Below, piece after piece: positions 24,001 through 39,000 of a stretch of 64,000 bases of DNA. Within the stretch, counting starts at the first letter, position 1. Each line of letters starts with the position of its first letter. The position numbers and the translations under genes were made by a program. Below the pieces are notes generated by a model. The model had not been told where the DNA came from, made no database searches, and saw only the letters and a list, made by a program, of their open reading frames with translations. Source of the DNA: Eledone cirrhosa (lineage: Eukaryota); NCBI GenBank assembly GCA_964016885.1, contig OZ024764.1, positions 5,518,001 to 5,582,000 of the forward strand, written 5' to 3'.

Positions 24001-27000
24001 GCTATAGTCTTACATTTAGACCTGTATCTCTCTAGATATACCTACTGCTATAGTCTCACATTTAGACCTGTTTCTCTCTACATGTACCTACTGCTATAGT
24101 CTCACATTTAGACCTGTTTCTCTCTAGATGTACCTACTGCTATAGTCTCACATTTAGACCGGTTTCTCTCTAGATATACCTACTGCTGTAGTCTCACAGT
24201 TAGACCTGTTTCTCTCTAGATATACCTACTGCTATAGTCTTACATTTAGACCTGTTTCTCTCTAGATATACCTACTGTAATGGTCTTACATTTAGACCTG
24301 TTTCTCACTAGATATACCTACTGCTATAGTCTCACATTTAGACCTCTTTCTCTCTAGATATACCTACTGCTGTAGTCTCACATTTCGACCCGTTTCTCTC
24401 CAGATATACCTACTGCTATAGTCTCACATTTAGACCCGTTTCTCTCTAGATATACCTACTGCTATAGTCTTACATTTAGACCTCTTTCTCTCTAGATGTA
24501 CCTACTGCTATAGTCTTACATTTAGACCTGTTCCTCTCTAGATGTACCTACTGCTATAGTCTCACATTTAGACCTGTTTCTCTCTAGATATACCTACTGC
24601 TATAGTCTCACATTTAGACCTGTTTCTCTCTAGATGTACCTACTGCTATAGTCTCACATTTAGACCGGTTTCTCTCTAGATATACCTACTGCTGTAGTCT
24701 CACAGTTAGACCTGTTTCTCTCTAGATATACCTACAGCTATAGTCTCACAATTAGACCCGTTTCTCTCTAGATATACCTACTGTAATGGTCTTACATTTA
24801 GACCTGTTTGTCACTAGATATACATACTGCTATAGTCTCACATTTAGACCGCTTTCTCTCTAGATATACCTACTGCTGTAGTCTCACATTTAGACCCATT
24901 TCTCTCTAGATATACCTACTGCTATAGTCTCACATTTAGACCTCCTTCTCTCTAGATGTACCTACTGCTATAGTCTTACATTTAGACCTGTTCCTCTCTA
25001 GATGTACCTACTGCTATAGTCTCACATTTAGACCTGTTTCTCTCTAGATATACCTACTGCTATAGTCTCACATTTAGACCCGTTTCTCTCTAGATGTACC
25101 TACTGCTATAGTCTCACATTTAGACCTGTTTCTCTCTAGATATACCTACTGCTGTAGTCACACATTTAGACCTGTTTCTCTCTAGATATACCTACTGCTA
25201 TAGTATTACATTTAGACCTGTTTCTCTCTAGATATACCTACTGCTATAGTCTCACATTTAGACCTGTTTCTCTCTAGATATACCTACTGCTATAGTCTTA
25301 CATTTAGACCTGTATCTCTCTAGATATACCTACAGCTATAGTCTCACATTTAGACCTATTTCTCTCGAGATATACCTATTGATATAGTCTTACATTTAGA
25401 CCTGTATCTCTCTAGATATACCTACTGCTATAGTCTCACATTTAGACCTGTTTCTCTCTAGATATACCTACTGCTATAGTCTTACATTTAGACCTGTTTC
25501 TCTCTAGATGTACCTACTGCTATAGTCTCACATTTAGACCTGGTTCTCTCTAGATGTACCTACTGATATAGTCTCACATTTAGACCTGTTTCTCTCTAGA
25601 TGTACCTACTGCTATAGTCTCACATTTAGACCTGTTTCTCTCTAGATGTACCTACTGCTATAGTCTTACATTTAGACTTGTTCCTCTCTAGATGTACCTA
25701 CTGCTATAGTCTCACATTTAGATCTGTTTCTCTCTAGATATACCTACTGCTATAGTCTCACATTTAGACCCGTTTCTCTCTAGATGTACCTACTGCTATA
25801 GTCTCACATTTAGACCTGTTTCTCTCTAGATATACCTACTGCTGTAGTTTCACATTTAGACCTGTTTCTCTCTAGATATACCTACTGCTATAGTATTACA
25901 TTTAGACCTGTTTCTCTCTATATATACCTACTGCTATAGTCTCACATTTAGACCTGTTTCTCTGTAGATATACCTACTGCTATAGTCTTACATTTAGACC
26001 TGTATCTCTCTAGATATACCTACAGCTATAGTCTCACATTTAGACCTATTTCTCTCTAGATATACCTACTGCTGTAGTCTTACATTTAGACCTGTTTCTC
26101 TCTAGATATACCTACAGCTATAGTCTCACATTTAGACCTATTTCTCTCGAGATATACCTATTGATATAGTCTTACATTTAGACCTGTATCTCTCTAGATA
26201 TCCCTACTGCTATAGTCTCACATTTAGACCTGTTTCTCTCTAGATATACCTACTGCTGTAGTCTCACATTTAGACCTGTTTCTCTCTAGATGCACCTACT
26301 GCTATAGTCTTACATTTAGACCTGTTTCTCTCTAGATATACCTACTGCTATAGTCTCACTTTAGACCTGTTTCTCTCTAGATATACCTACTGATATAGTC
26401 TCACATTTAGACCTGTTTCTCTCTAGATGTACCTACCGCTATAGTCTCACATTTAGACCTGTTTCTCTCTAGATATACCTACTGCTATAGTCTTACATTT
26501 AGACCTGTTTCTCTCTAGATATACCTACTGCTATAGTCTGACATTTAGACCTGTATCTCTCTAGATATACCTACAGCTATAGTCTCACATTTAGACCTAT
26601 TTCTCTCGAGATATACCTATTGATATAGTCTTACATTTAGACCTGTATCTCTCTAGATATACCTACTGCTATAGTCTCACATTTAGACCTGTTTCTCTCT
26701 AGATATACCTACTGCTGTAGTCTCACATTTAGACCTGTTTCTCTCTAGATGTACCTACTGCTATAGTCTCACATTTAGACCTGTTTCTCTCTAGATATAC
26801 CTACTGATATAGTCTTACATTTGGACCTGTTTCTCTCTAGATATACCTACAACTATAGTCTGACATTTAGACCTATTTCTATCTAGATATACCTACTGAT
26901 ATAGTCTTACATTTAGACCTGTTTCTCTCTAGATATACCTACTGCAATGGTCTTACATTTAGACCTGTTTCTCTCTAGATATACCTACTGCTATAGTCTC

Positions 27001-30000
27001 ACATTTAGACCTATTTCTCTCTAGATATACCTACTGATATAGTCTTACATTTAGACCTGCTTCTCTCTAGATATACCTACTGCAATGGTCTTACATTTAG
27101 ATCTGTTTCCCTCTAGATATACCTACTGCTATAGTCTCACATTTAGACCTGTTTCTCACTACATGTACCTACTGCTATAGTCTCACATTTAGACCTGTTT
27201 CTCTCTAGATGTACCTACTGCTATAGTCTCACATTTAGACCGGTTTCTCTCTAGATATACCTACTGCTGTAGTCTCACAGTTAGACCGGTTTCTCTCTAG
27301 ATATACCTACTGCTATAGTCTTACATTTAGACCTGTTTCTCTCTAGATATACCTACTGTAATGGTCTTACATTTAGACCTGTTTCTCACTAGATATACCT
27401 ACTGCTATAGTCTCACATTTAGACCTCTTTCTCTCTAGATATACCTACTGCTGTAGTCTCACATTTCGACCCGTTTCTCTCCAGATATACCTACTGCTAT
27501 AGTCTCACATTTAGACCCGTTTCTCTCTAGATATACCTACTGCTATAGTCTTACATTTAGACCTCTTTCTCTCTAGATGTACCTACTGCTATAGTCTTAC
27601 ATTTAGACCTGTTCCTCTCTAGATGTACCTACTGCTATAGTCTCACATTTAGACCTGTTTCTCTCTAGATATACCTACTGCTATAGTCTCACATTTAGAC
27701 CCGTTTCTCTCTAGATGTACCTACTGATATAGTCTCACATTTAGACCTGTTTCTCTCTAGATATACCTACTGCTGTAGTCTCACATTTAGACCTGTTTCT
27801 CTCTAGATATACCTACTGCTATAGTATTACATTCAGACCTGTTTCTCTCTAGATATACCTACTGATATAGTCTTACATTTAGACCTGTATCTCTCTAGAT
27901 ATACCTACAGCTATAGTCTCACATTTAGACCTATTTCTCTCGAGATATACCTATTGATATAGTCTTACATTTAGACCTGTATCTCTCTAGATATACCTAC
28001 TGCTATAGTCTCACATTTAGACCTGTTTCTCTCTAGATATACCTACTGCTATAGTCTTACATTTAGACCTGTTTCTCTCTAGATGTACCTACTGATATAG
28101 TCTCACATTTAGACCTGTTTCTCTCTAGATGTACCTACTGCTATAGTCTTACATTTAGACCTGTTTCTCTCTAGATGTACCTACTGCTATAGTCTTACAT
28201 TTAGACCTGGTTCTCTCTAGATGTACCTACTGATATAGTCTCACATTTAGACCTATTTCTCTCTAGATATACCTACTGATATAGTCTTACATTTAGACCT
28301 GCTTCTCTCTAGATATACCTACTGCAATGGTCTTACATTTAGACCTGTTTCTCTCTAGATATACCTACTGCAATGGTCTTACATTTAGACCTGTTTCTCT
28401 CTAGATATACCTACTGCTATAGTCTCACATTTAGACCTGTTTCTCTCTAGATGTACCTACTGCTATAGTCTCACATTTAGACCGGTTTCTCTCTAGATAT
28501 ACCTACTGCAATGGTCTTACATTTAGACCTGTTTCTCTCTAGATATACCTACTGATATAGTCTCACATTTAGACCTGTTTCTCTCTAGATATACCTACTG
28601 CTGTAGTCTCACATTTAGACCTGTTTCTCTCTAGATATACCTACTGCTATAGTATTACATTCAGACCTGTTTCTCTCTAGATATACCTACTGATATAGTC
28701 TTACATTTAGACCTGTATCTCTCTAGATATACCTACAGCTATAGTCTCACATTTAGACCTATTTCTCTCGAGATATACCTATTGATATAGTCTTACATTT
28801 AGACCTGTATCTCTCTAGATATACCTACTGCTATAGTCTCACATTTAGACCTGTTTCTCTCTAGATATACCTACTGCTATAGTCTTACATTTAGACCTGT
28901 TTCTCTCTAGATGTACCTACTGATATAGTCTCACATTTAGACCTGTTTCTCTCTAGATGTACCTACTGCTATAGTCTTACATTTAGACCTGTTTCTCTCT
29001 AGATGTACCTACTGCTATAGTCTTACATTTAGACCTGGTTCTCTCTAGATGTACCTACTGATATAGTCTCACATTTAGACCTATTTCTCTCTAGATATAC
29101 CTACTGATATAGTCTTACATTTAGACCTGCTTCTCTCTAGATATACCTACTGCAATGGTCTTACATTTAGACCTGTTTCTCTCTAGATATACCTACTGCT
29201 ATAGTCTCACATTTAGACCTGTTTCTCTCTAGATGTACCTACTGCTATAGTCTCACATTTAGACCGGTTTCTCTCTAGATATACCTACTGCTGTAGTCTC
29301 ACAGTTAGACCTGTTTCTCTCTAGATATACCTACTGCTATAGTCTTACATTTAGACCTGTTTCTCTCTAGATATACCTACAGCTATAGTCTCACAATTAG
29401 ACCTGTTTCTCTCTAGATATACCTACTGTAATGGTCTTACATTTAGACCCGTTTCTCTCTAGATGTACCTACTGCTATAGTCTCACATTTAGACCTGTTT
29501 CTCTCTAGATATACCTACTGCTGTAGTCTCACATTTAGACCTGTTTCTCTCTAGATATACCTACTGCTATAGTATTACATTTAGACCCGTTTCTCTCTAG
29601 ATATACCTACTGCAATGGTCTTACATTTAGACCTGTTTCTCTCTAGATATACCTACTGATATAGTCTCACATTTAGACCTGTTTCTCTCTAGATATACCT
29701 ACTGCTGTAGTCTCACATTTAGACCTGTTTCTCTCTAGATGTACCTACTGCTATAGTCTTACATTTAGACCTATTTCTCTCTAGATATACCTACTGCTAT
29801 AGTCTCACTTTAGACCTGTTTCTCTCTAGATATACCTACTGCTATAGTCTCACATTTAGACCTGTTTCTCTCTAGATGTACCTACCGCTATAGTCTCACA
29901 TTTAGACCTGTTTCTCTCTAGATATACCTACTGCTATAGTCTTACATTTAGACCTGTTTCTCTCTAGATATACCTACTGCTGTAGTCTCACATTTAGACC

Positions 30001-33000
30001 TGTTTCTCTCTAGATATACGTACTGCTATAGTCTTACATCTAGACCTGTTTCTCTCTAGATATACCTACTGCTGTAGTCTCACATTTAGACCTGTTTCTC
30101 TCTAGATGTACCTACTGCTATAGTCTCACATTTAGACCTGTTTCTCTCTAGATATACCTACTGATATAGTCTTACATTTAGACCTGTTTCTCTCTAGATA
30201 TACCTACTGCTGTAGTCTCACATTTAGACCTGTTTCTCTCTAGATATACCTACTGCTATAGTCTTACATTTAGACCTGTTTCTCTCTAGATATACCTACT
30301 GCTGTAGTCTCACATTTAGACCTGTTTCTCTCTAGATGTACCTACTGCTATAGTCTCACATTTAGACCTGTTTCTCTCTAGATATACTTACTGATATAGT
30401 CTTACATTTAGAACTGTTTCTCTCTAGATATACCTACTGATATAGTCTTACATTTAGACCTGTTTCTCTCTAGATGTACCTACTGCTATAGTCTCACATT
30501 TAGACCTGTTTCTCTCTAGATATACCTACTGCTATAGTCTTACATTTAGACCTGTTTCTCTCTAGATATACCTACAACTATAGTCTCACATTTAGACCTA
30601 TTTCAATCTAGATATACCTACTGATATAGTCTTACATTTAGACCTGTTTCTCTCTAGATATACCTACTACAATGGTCTTACATTTAGACCTGTTTCTCTC
30701 TAGATATACCTACTGCTATAGTCTCACATTTAGACCTATTTCTCTCTAGATATACCTACTGATATAGTCTTACATTTAGACCTGTTTCTCTCTAGATATA
30801 CCTACTGCAATGGTCTTACATTTAGACCTGTTTCTCTCTAGATATACCTACTGCTATAGTCTCACATTTAGACCTGTTTCTCTCTAGATGTACCTACTGC
30901 TATAGTCTCACATTTAGACCCGTTTCTCTCTAGATGTACCTACTGCTATAGTCTCACATTTAGACCTGTTTCTCTCTAGATATACCTACTGCTGTAGTCT
31001 CACATTTAGACCTGTTTCTCTCTAGATGCACCTACTGCTATAGTCTTACATTTAGACCTGTTTCTCTCTAGATATACCTACTGCTATAGTCTTACATTTA
31101 GACCTGTTTCTCTCTAGATATACCTACTGCTATAGTCTTACATTTAGACCTGTATCTCTCTAGATATACCTACAGCTATAGTCTCACATTTAGACCTATT
31201 TCTCTCGAGATATACCTATTGATATAGTCTTACATTTAGACCTGTATCTCTCTAGATATACCTACTGCTATAGTCTCACATTTAGACCTGTTTCTCTCTA
31301 GATATACCTACTGCTGTAGTCTCACATTTAGACCTGTTTCTCTCTAGATGTACCTACTGCTATAGTCTCACATTTAGACCTGTTTCTCTCTAGATATACC
31401 TACTGATATAGTCTTACATTTGGACCTGTTTCTCTCTAGATATACCTACTGCTATAGTCTTACATTTAGACCTGTTTCTCTCTAGATATACCTACAACTA
31501 TAGTCTGACATTTAGACCTATTTCTATCTAGATATACCTACTGATATAGTCTTACATTTAGACCTGCTTCTCTCTAGATATACCTACTGCAATGGTCTTA
31601 CATTTAGATCTGTTTCTCTCTAGATATACCTACTGCTATAGTCTCACATTTAGACCTGTTTCTCTCTACATGTACCTACTGCTATAGTCTCACATTTAGA
31701 CCTGTTTCTCTCTAGATGTACCTACTGCTATAGTCTCACATTTAGACCGGTTTCTCTCTAGATATACCTACTGCTGTAGTCTCACAGTTAGACCTGTTTC
31801 TCTCTAGATATACCTACTGCTATAGTCTTACATTTAGACCTGTTTCTCTCTAGATATACCTACTGTAATGGTCTTACATTTAGACCTGTTTCTCACTAGA
31901 TATACCTACTGCTATAGTCTCACATTTAGACCTCTTTCTCTCTAGATATACCTACTGCTGTAGTCTCACATTTCGACCCGTTTCTCTCCAGATATACCTA
32001 CTGCTATAGTCTCACATTTAGACCCGTTTCTCTCTAGATATACCTACTGCTATAGTCTTACATTTAGACCTCTTTCTCTCTAGATGTACCTACTGCTATA
32101 GTCTTACATTTAGACCTGTTCCTCTCTAGATGTACCTACTGCTATAGTCTCACATTTAGACCTGTTTCTCTCTAGATATACCTACTGCTATAGTCTCACA
32201 TTTAAACCCGTTTCTCTCTAGATGTACCTACTGATATAGTCTCACATTTAGACCTGTTTCTCTCTAGATATACCTACTGCTGTAGTCTCACATTTAGACC
32301 TGTTTCTCTCTAGATATACCTACTGCTATAGTATTACATTCAGACCTGTTTCTCTCTAGATATACCTACTGATATAGTCTTACATTTAGACCTGTATCTC
32401 TCTAGATATACCTACAGCTATAGTCTCACATTTAGACCTATTTCTCTCGAGATATACCTATTGATATAGTCTTACATTTAGACCTGTTTCTCTCTAGATG
32501 TACCTACTGATATAGTCTCACATTTAGACCTGTTTCTCTCTAGATGTACCTACTGCTATAGTATTACATTTAGACCTGTTTCTCTCTAGATGTACCTACT
32601 GCTATAGTCTTACATTTAGACCTGGTTCTCTCTAGATGTACCTACTGATATAGTCTCACATTTAGACCTATTTCTCTCTAGATATACCTACTGCAATGGT
32701 CTTACATTTAGACCTGTTTCTCTCTAGATATACCTACTGCAATGGTCTTACATTTAGACCTGTTTCTCTCTAGATATACCTACTGCTATAGTCTCACATT
32801 TAGACCTGTTTCTCTCTAGATGTACCTACTGCTATAGTCTCACATTTAGACCGGTTTCTCTCTAGATATACCTACTGCAATGGTCTTACATTTAGACCTG
32901 TTTCTCTCTAGATATACCTACTGATATAGTCTCACATTTAGACCTGTTTCTCTCTAGATATACCTACTGCTGTAGTCTCACATTTAGACCTGTTTCTCTC

Positions 33001-36000
33001 TAGATATACCTACTGCTATAGTATTACATTCAGACCTGTTTCTCTCTAGATATACCTACTGATATAGTCTTACATTTAGACCTGTATCTCTCTAGATATA
33101 CCTACAGCTATAGTCTCACATTTAGACCTATTTCTCTCGAGATATACCTATTGATATAGTCTTACATTTAGACCTGTATCTCTCTAGATATACCTACTGC
33201 TATAGTCTCACATTTAGACCTGTTTCTCTCTAGATATACCTACTGCTATAGTCTTACATTTAGACCTGTTTCTCTCTAGATGTACCTACTGATATAGTCT
33301 CACATTTAGACCTGTTTCTCTCTAGATGTACCTACTGATATAGTCTCACATTTAGACCTGTTTCTCTCTAGATATACCTACTGATATAGTCTTACATTTA
33401 GACCTGTTTCTCTCTAGATGTACCTACTGCTATAGTCTCACATTTAGACCTGTTTCTCTCTAGATATACCTACTGCTATAGTCTTACATTTAGACCTGTT
33501 TCTCTCTAGATATACCTACAACTATAGTCTCACATTTAGACCTATTTCAATCTAGATATACCTACTGATATAGTCTTACATTTAGACCTGTTTCTCTCTA
33601 GATATACCTACTACAATGGTCTTACATTTAGACCTGTTTCTCTCTAGATATACCTACTGCTATAGTCTCACATTTAGACCTATTTCTCTCTAGATATACC
33701 TACTGATATAGTCTTACATTTAGACCTGTTTCTCTCTAGATATACCTACTGCAATGGTCTTACATTTAGACCTGTTTCTCTCTAGATATACCTACTGCTA
33801 TAGTCTCACATTTAGACCTGTTTCTCTCTAGATGTACCTACTGCTATAGTCTCACATTTAGACCCGTTTCTCTCTAGATGTACCTACTGCTATAGTCTCA
33901 CATTTAGACCTGTTTCTCTCTAGATATACCTACTGCTGTAGTCTCACATTTAGACCTGTTTCTCTCTAGATGCACCTACTGCTATAGTCTTACATTTAGA
34001 CCTGTTTCTCTCTAGATATACCTACTGCTATAGTCTTACATTTAGACCTGTTTCTCTCTAGATATACCTACTGCTATAGTCTTACATTTAGACCTGTATC
34101 TCTCTAGATATACCTACAGCTATAGTCTCACATTTAGACCTATTTCTCTCGAGATATACCTATTGATATAGTCTTACATTTAGACCTGTATCTCTCTAGA
34201 TATACCTACTGCTATAGTCTCACATTTAGACCTGTTTCTCTCTAGATATACCTACTGCTGTAGTCTCACATTTAGACCTGTTTCTCTCTAGATGTACCTA
34301 CTGCTATAGTCTCACATTTAGACCTGTTTCTCTCTAGATATACCTACTGATATAGTCTTACATTTGGACCTGTTTCTCTCTAGATATACCTACTGCTATA
34401 GTCTTACATTTAGACCTGTTTCTCTCTAGATATACCTACAACTATAGTCTGACATTTAGACCTATTTCTATCTAGATATACCTACTGATATAGTCTTACA
34501 TTTAGACCTGCTTCTCTCTAGATATACCTACTGCAATGGTCTTACATTTAGATCTGTTTCTCTCTAGATATACCTACTGCTATAGTCTCACATTTAGACC
34601 TGTTTCTCTCTACATGTACCTACTGCTATAGTCTCACATTTAGACCTGTTTCTCTCTAGATGTACCTACTGCTATAGTCTCACATTTAGACCGGTTTCTC
34701 TCTAGATATACCTACTGCTGTAGTCTCACAGTTAGACCTGTTTCTCTCTAGATATACCTACTGCTATAGTCTTACATTTAGACCTGTTTCTCTCTAGATA
34801 TACCTACTGTAATGGTCTTACATTTAGACCTGTTTCTCACTAGATATACCTACTGCTATAGTCTCACATTTAGACCTCTTTCTCTCTAGATATACCTACT
34901 GCTGTAGTCTCACATTTCGACCCGTTTCTCTCCAGATATACCTACTGCTATAGTCTCACATTTAGACCCGTTTCTCTCTAGATATACCTACTGCTATAGT
35001 CTTACATTTAGACCTCTTTCTCTCTAGATGTACCTACTGCTATAGTCTTACATTTAGACCTGTTCCTCTCTAGATGTACCTACTGCTATAGTCTCACATT
35101 TAGACCTGTTTCTCTCTAGATATACCTACTGCTATAGTCTCACATTTAAACCCGTTTCTCTCTAGATGTACCTACTGATATAGTCTCACATTTAGACCTG
35201 TTTCTCTCTAGATATACCTACTGCTGTAGTCTCACATTTAGACCTGTTTCTCTCTAGATATACCTACTGCTATAGTATTACATTCAGACCTGTTTCTCTC
35301 TAGATATACCTACTGATATAGTCTTACATTTAGACCTGTATCTCTCTAGATATACCTACAGCTATAGTCTCACATTTAGACCTATTTCTCTCGAGATATA
35401 CCTATTGATATAGTCTTACATTTAGACCTGTTTCTCTCTAGATGTACCTACTGATATAGTCTCACATTTAGACCTGTTTCTCTCTAGATGTACCTACTGC
35501 TATAGTCTTACATTTAGACCTGTTTCTCTCTAGATGTACCTACTGCTATAGTCTTACATTTAGACCTGGTTCTCTCTAGATGTACCTACTGCTATAGTCT
35601 CACATTTAGACCCGTTTCTCTCTAGATGTACCTACTGATATAGTCTCACATTTAGACCTGTTTCTCTCTAGATATACCTACTGCTGTAGTCTCACATTTA
35701 GACCTGTTTCTCTCTAGATATACCTACTGCTATAGTATTACATTCAGACCTGTTTCTCTCTAGATATACCTACTGATATAGTCTTACATTTAGACCTGTA
35801 TCTCTCTAGATATACCTACAGCTATAGTCTCACATTTAGACCTATTTCTCTCGAGATATACCTATTGATATAGTCTTACATTTAGACCTGTTTCTCTCTA
35901 GATGTACCTACTGATATAGTCTCACATTTAGACCTGTTTCTCTCTAGATGTACCTACTGCTATAGTATTACATTTAGACCTGTTTCTCTCTAGATGTACC

Positions 36001-39000
36001 TACTGCTATAGTCTTACATTTAGACCTGGTTCTCTCTAGATGTACCTACTGATATAGTCTCACATTTAGACCTATTTCTCTCTAGATATACCTACTGCAA
36101 TGGTCTTACATTTAGACCTGTTTCTCTCTAGATATACCTACTGCAATGGTCTTACATTTAGACCTGTTTCTCTCTAGATATACCTACTGCTATAGTCTCA
36201 CATTTAGACCTGTTTCTCTCTAGATGTACCTACTGCTATAGTCTCACATTTAGACCGGTTTCTCTCTAGATATACCTACTGCAATGGTCTTACATTTAGA
36301 CCTGTTTCTCTCTAGATATACCTACTGATATAGTCTCACATTTAGACCTGTTTCTCTCTAGATATACCTACTGCTGTAGTCTCACATTTAGACCTGTTTC
36401 TCTCTAGATATACCTACTGCTATAGTATTACATTCAGACCTGTTTCTCTCTAGATATACCTACTGATATAGTCTTACATTTAGACCTGTATCTCTCTAGA
36501 TATACCTACAGCTATAGTCTCACATTTAGACCTATTTCTCTCGAGATATACCTATTGATATAGTCTTACATTTAGACCTGTATCTCTCTAGATATACCTA
36601 CTGCTATAGTCTCACATTTAGACCTGTTTCTCTCTAGATATACCTACTGCTATAGTCTTACATTTAGACCTGTTTCTCTCTAGATGTACCTACTGATATA
36701 GTCTCACATTTAGACCTGTTTCTCTCTAGATGTACCTACTGATATAGTCTCACATTTAGACCTGTTTCTCTCTAGATATACCTACTGATATAGTCTTACA
36801 TTTAGACCTGTTTCTCTCTAGATGTACCTACTGCTATAGTCTCACATTTAGACCTGTTTCTCTCTAGATATACCTACTGCTATAGTCTTACATTTAGACC
36901 TGTTTCTCTCTAGATATACCTACAACTATAGTCTCACATTTAGACCTATTTCAATCTAGATATACCTACTGATATAGTCTTACATTTAGACCTGTTTCTC
37001 TCTAGATATACCTACTACAATGGTCTTACATTTAGACCTGTTTCTCTCTAGATATACCTACTGCTATAGTCTCACATTTAGACCTATTTCTCTCTAGATA
37101 TACCTACTGATATAGTCTTACATTTAGACCTGTTTCTCTCTAGATATACCTACTGCAATGGTCTTACATTTAGACCTGTTTCTCTCTAGATATACCTACT
37201 GCTATAGTCTCACATTTAGACCTGTTTCTCTCTAGATGTACCTACTGCTATAGTCTCACATTTAGACCCGTTTCTCTCTAGATGTACCTACTGCTATAGT
37301 CTCACATTTAGACCTGTTTCTCTCTAGATATACCTACTGCTGTAGTCTCACATTTAGACCTGTTTCTCTCTAGATGCACCTACTGCTATAGTCTTACATT
37401 TAGACCTGTTTCTCTCTAGATATACCTACTGCTATAGTCTTACATTTAGACCTGTTTCTCTCTAGATATACCTACTGCTATAGTCTTACATTTAGACCTG
37501 TATCTCTCTAGATATACCTACAGCTATAGTCTCACATTTAGACCTATTTCTCTCGAGATATACCTATTGATATAGTCTTACATTTAGACCTGTATCTCTC
37601 TAGATATACCTACTGCTATAGTCTCACATTTAGACCTGTTTCTCTCTAGATATACCTACTGCTGTAGTCTCACATTTAGACCTGTTTCTCTCTAGATGTA
37701 CCTACTGCTATAGTCTCACATTTAGACCTGTTTCTCTCTAGATATACCTACTGATATAGTCTTACATTTGGACCTGTTTCTCTCTAGATATACCTACTGC
37801 TATAGTCTTACATTTAGACCTGTTTCTCTCTAGATATACCTACAACTATAGTCTGACATTTAGACCTATTTCTATCTAGATATACCTACTGATATAGTCT
37901 TACATTTAGACCTGCTTCTCTCTAGATATACCTACTGCAATGGTCTTACATTTAGATCTGTTTCTCTCTAGATATACCTACTGCTATAGTCTCACATTTA
38001 GACCTGTTTCTCTCTACATGTACCTACTGCTATAGTCTCACATTTAGACCTGTTTCTCTCTAGATGTACCTACTGCTATAGTCTCACATTTAGACCGGTT
38101 TCTCTCTAGATATACCTACTGCTGTAGTCTCACAGTTAGACCTGTTTCTCTCTAGATATACCTACTGCTATAGTCTTACATTTAGACCTGTTTCTCTCTA
38201 GATATACCTACTGTAATGGTCTTACATTTAGACCTGTTTCTCACTAGATATACCTACTGCTATAGTCTCACATTTAGACCTCTTTCTCTCTAGATATACC
38301 TACTGCTGTAGTCTCACATTTCGACCCGTTTCTCTCCAGATATACCTACTGCTATAGTCTCACATTTAGACCCGTTTCTCTCTAGATATACCTACTGCTA
38401 TAGTCTTACATTTAGACCTCTTTCTCTCTAGATGTACCTACTGCTATAGTCTTACATTTAGACCTGTTCCTCTCTAGATGTACCTACTGCTATAGTCTCA
38501 CATTTAGACCTGTTTCTCTCTAGATATACCTACTGCTATAGTCTCACATTTAAACCCGTTTCTCTCTAGATGTACCTACTGATATAGTCTCACATTTAGA
38601 CCTGTTTCTCTCTAGATATACCTACTGCTGTAGTCTCACATTTAGACCTGTTTCTCTCTAGATATACCTACTGCTATAGTATTACATTCAGACCTGTTTC
38701 TCTCTAGATATACCTACTGATATAGTCTTACATTTAGACCTGTATCTCTCTAGATATACCTACAGCTATAGTCTCACATTTAGACCTATTTCTCTCGAGA
38801 TATACCTATTGATATAGTCTTACATTTAGACCTGTTTCTCTCTAGATGTACCTACTGATATAGTCTCACATTTAGACCTGTTTCTCTCTAGATGTACCTA
38901 CTGCTATAGTCTTACATTTAGACCTGTTTCTCTCTAGATGTACCTACTGCTATAGTCTTACATTTAGACCTGGTTCTCTCTAGATGTACCTACTGATATA

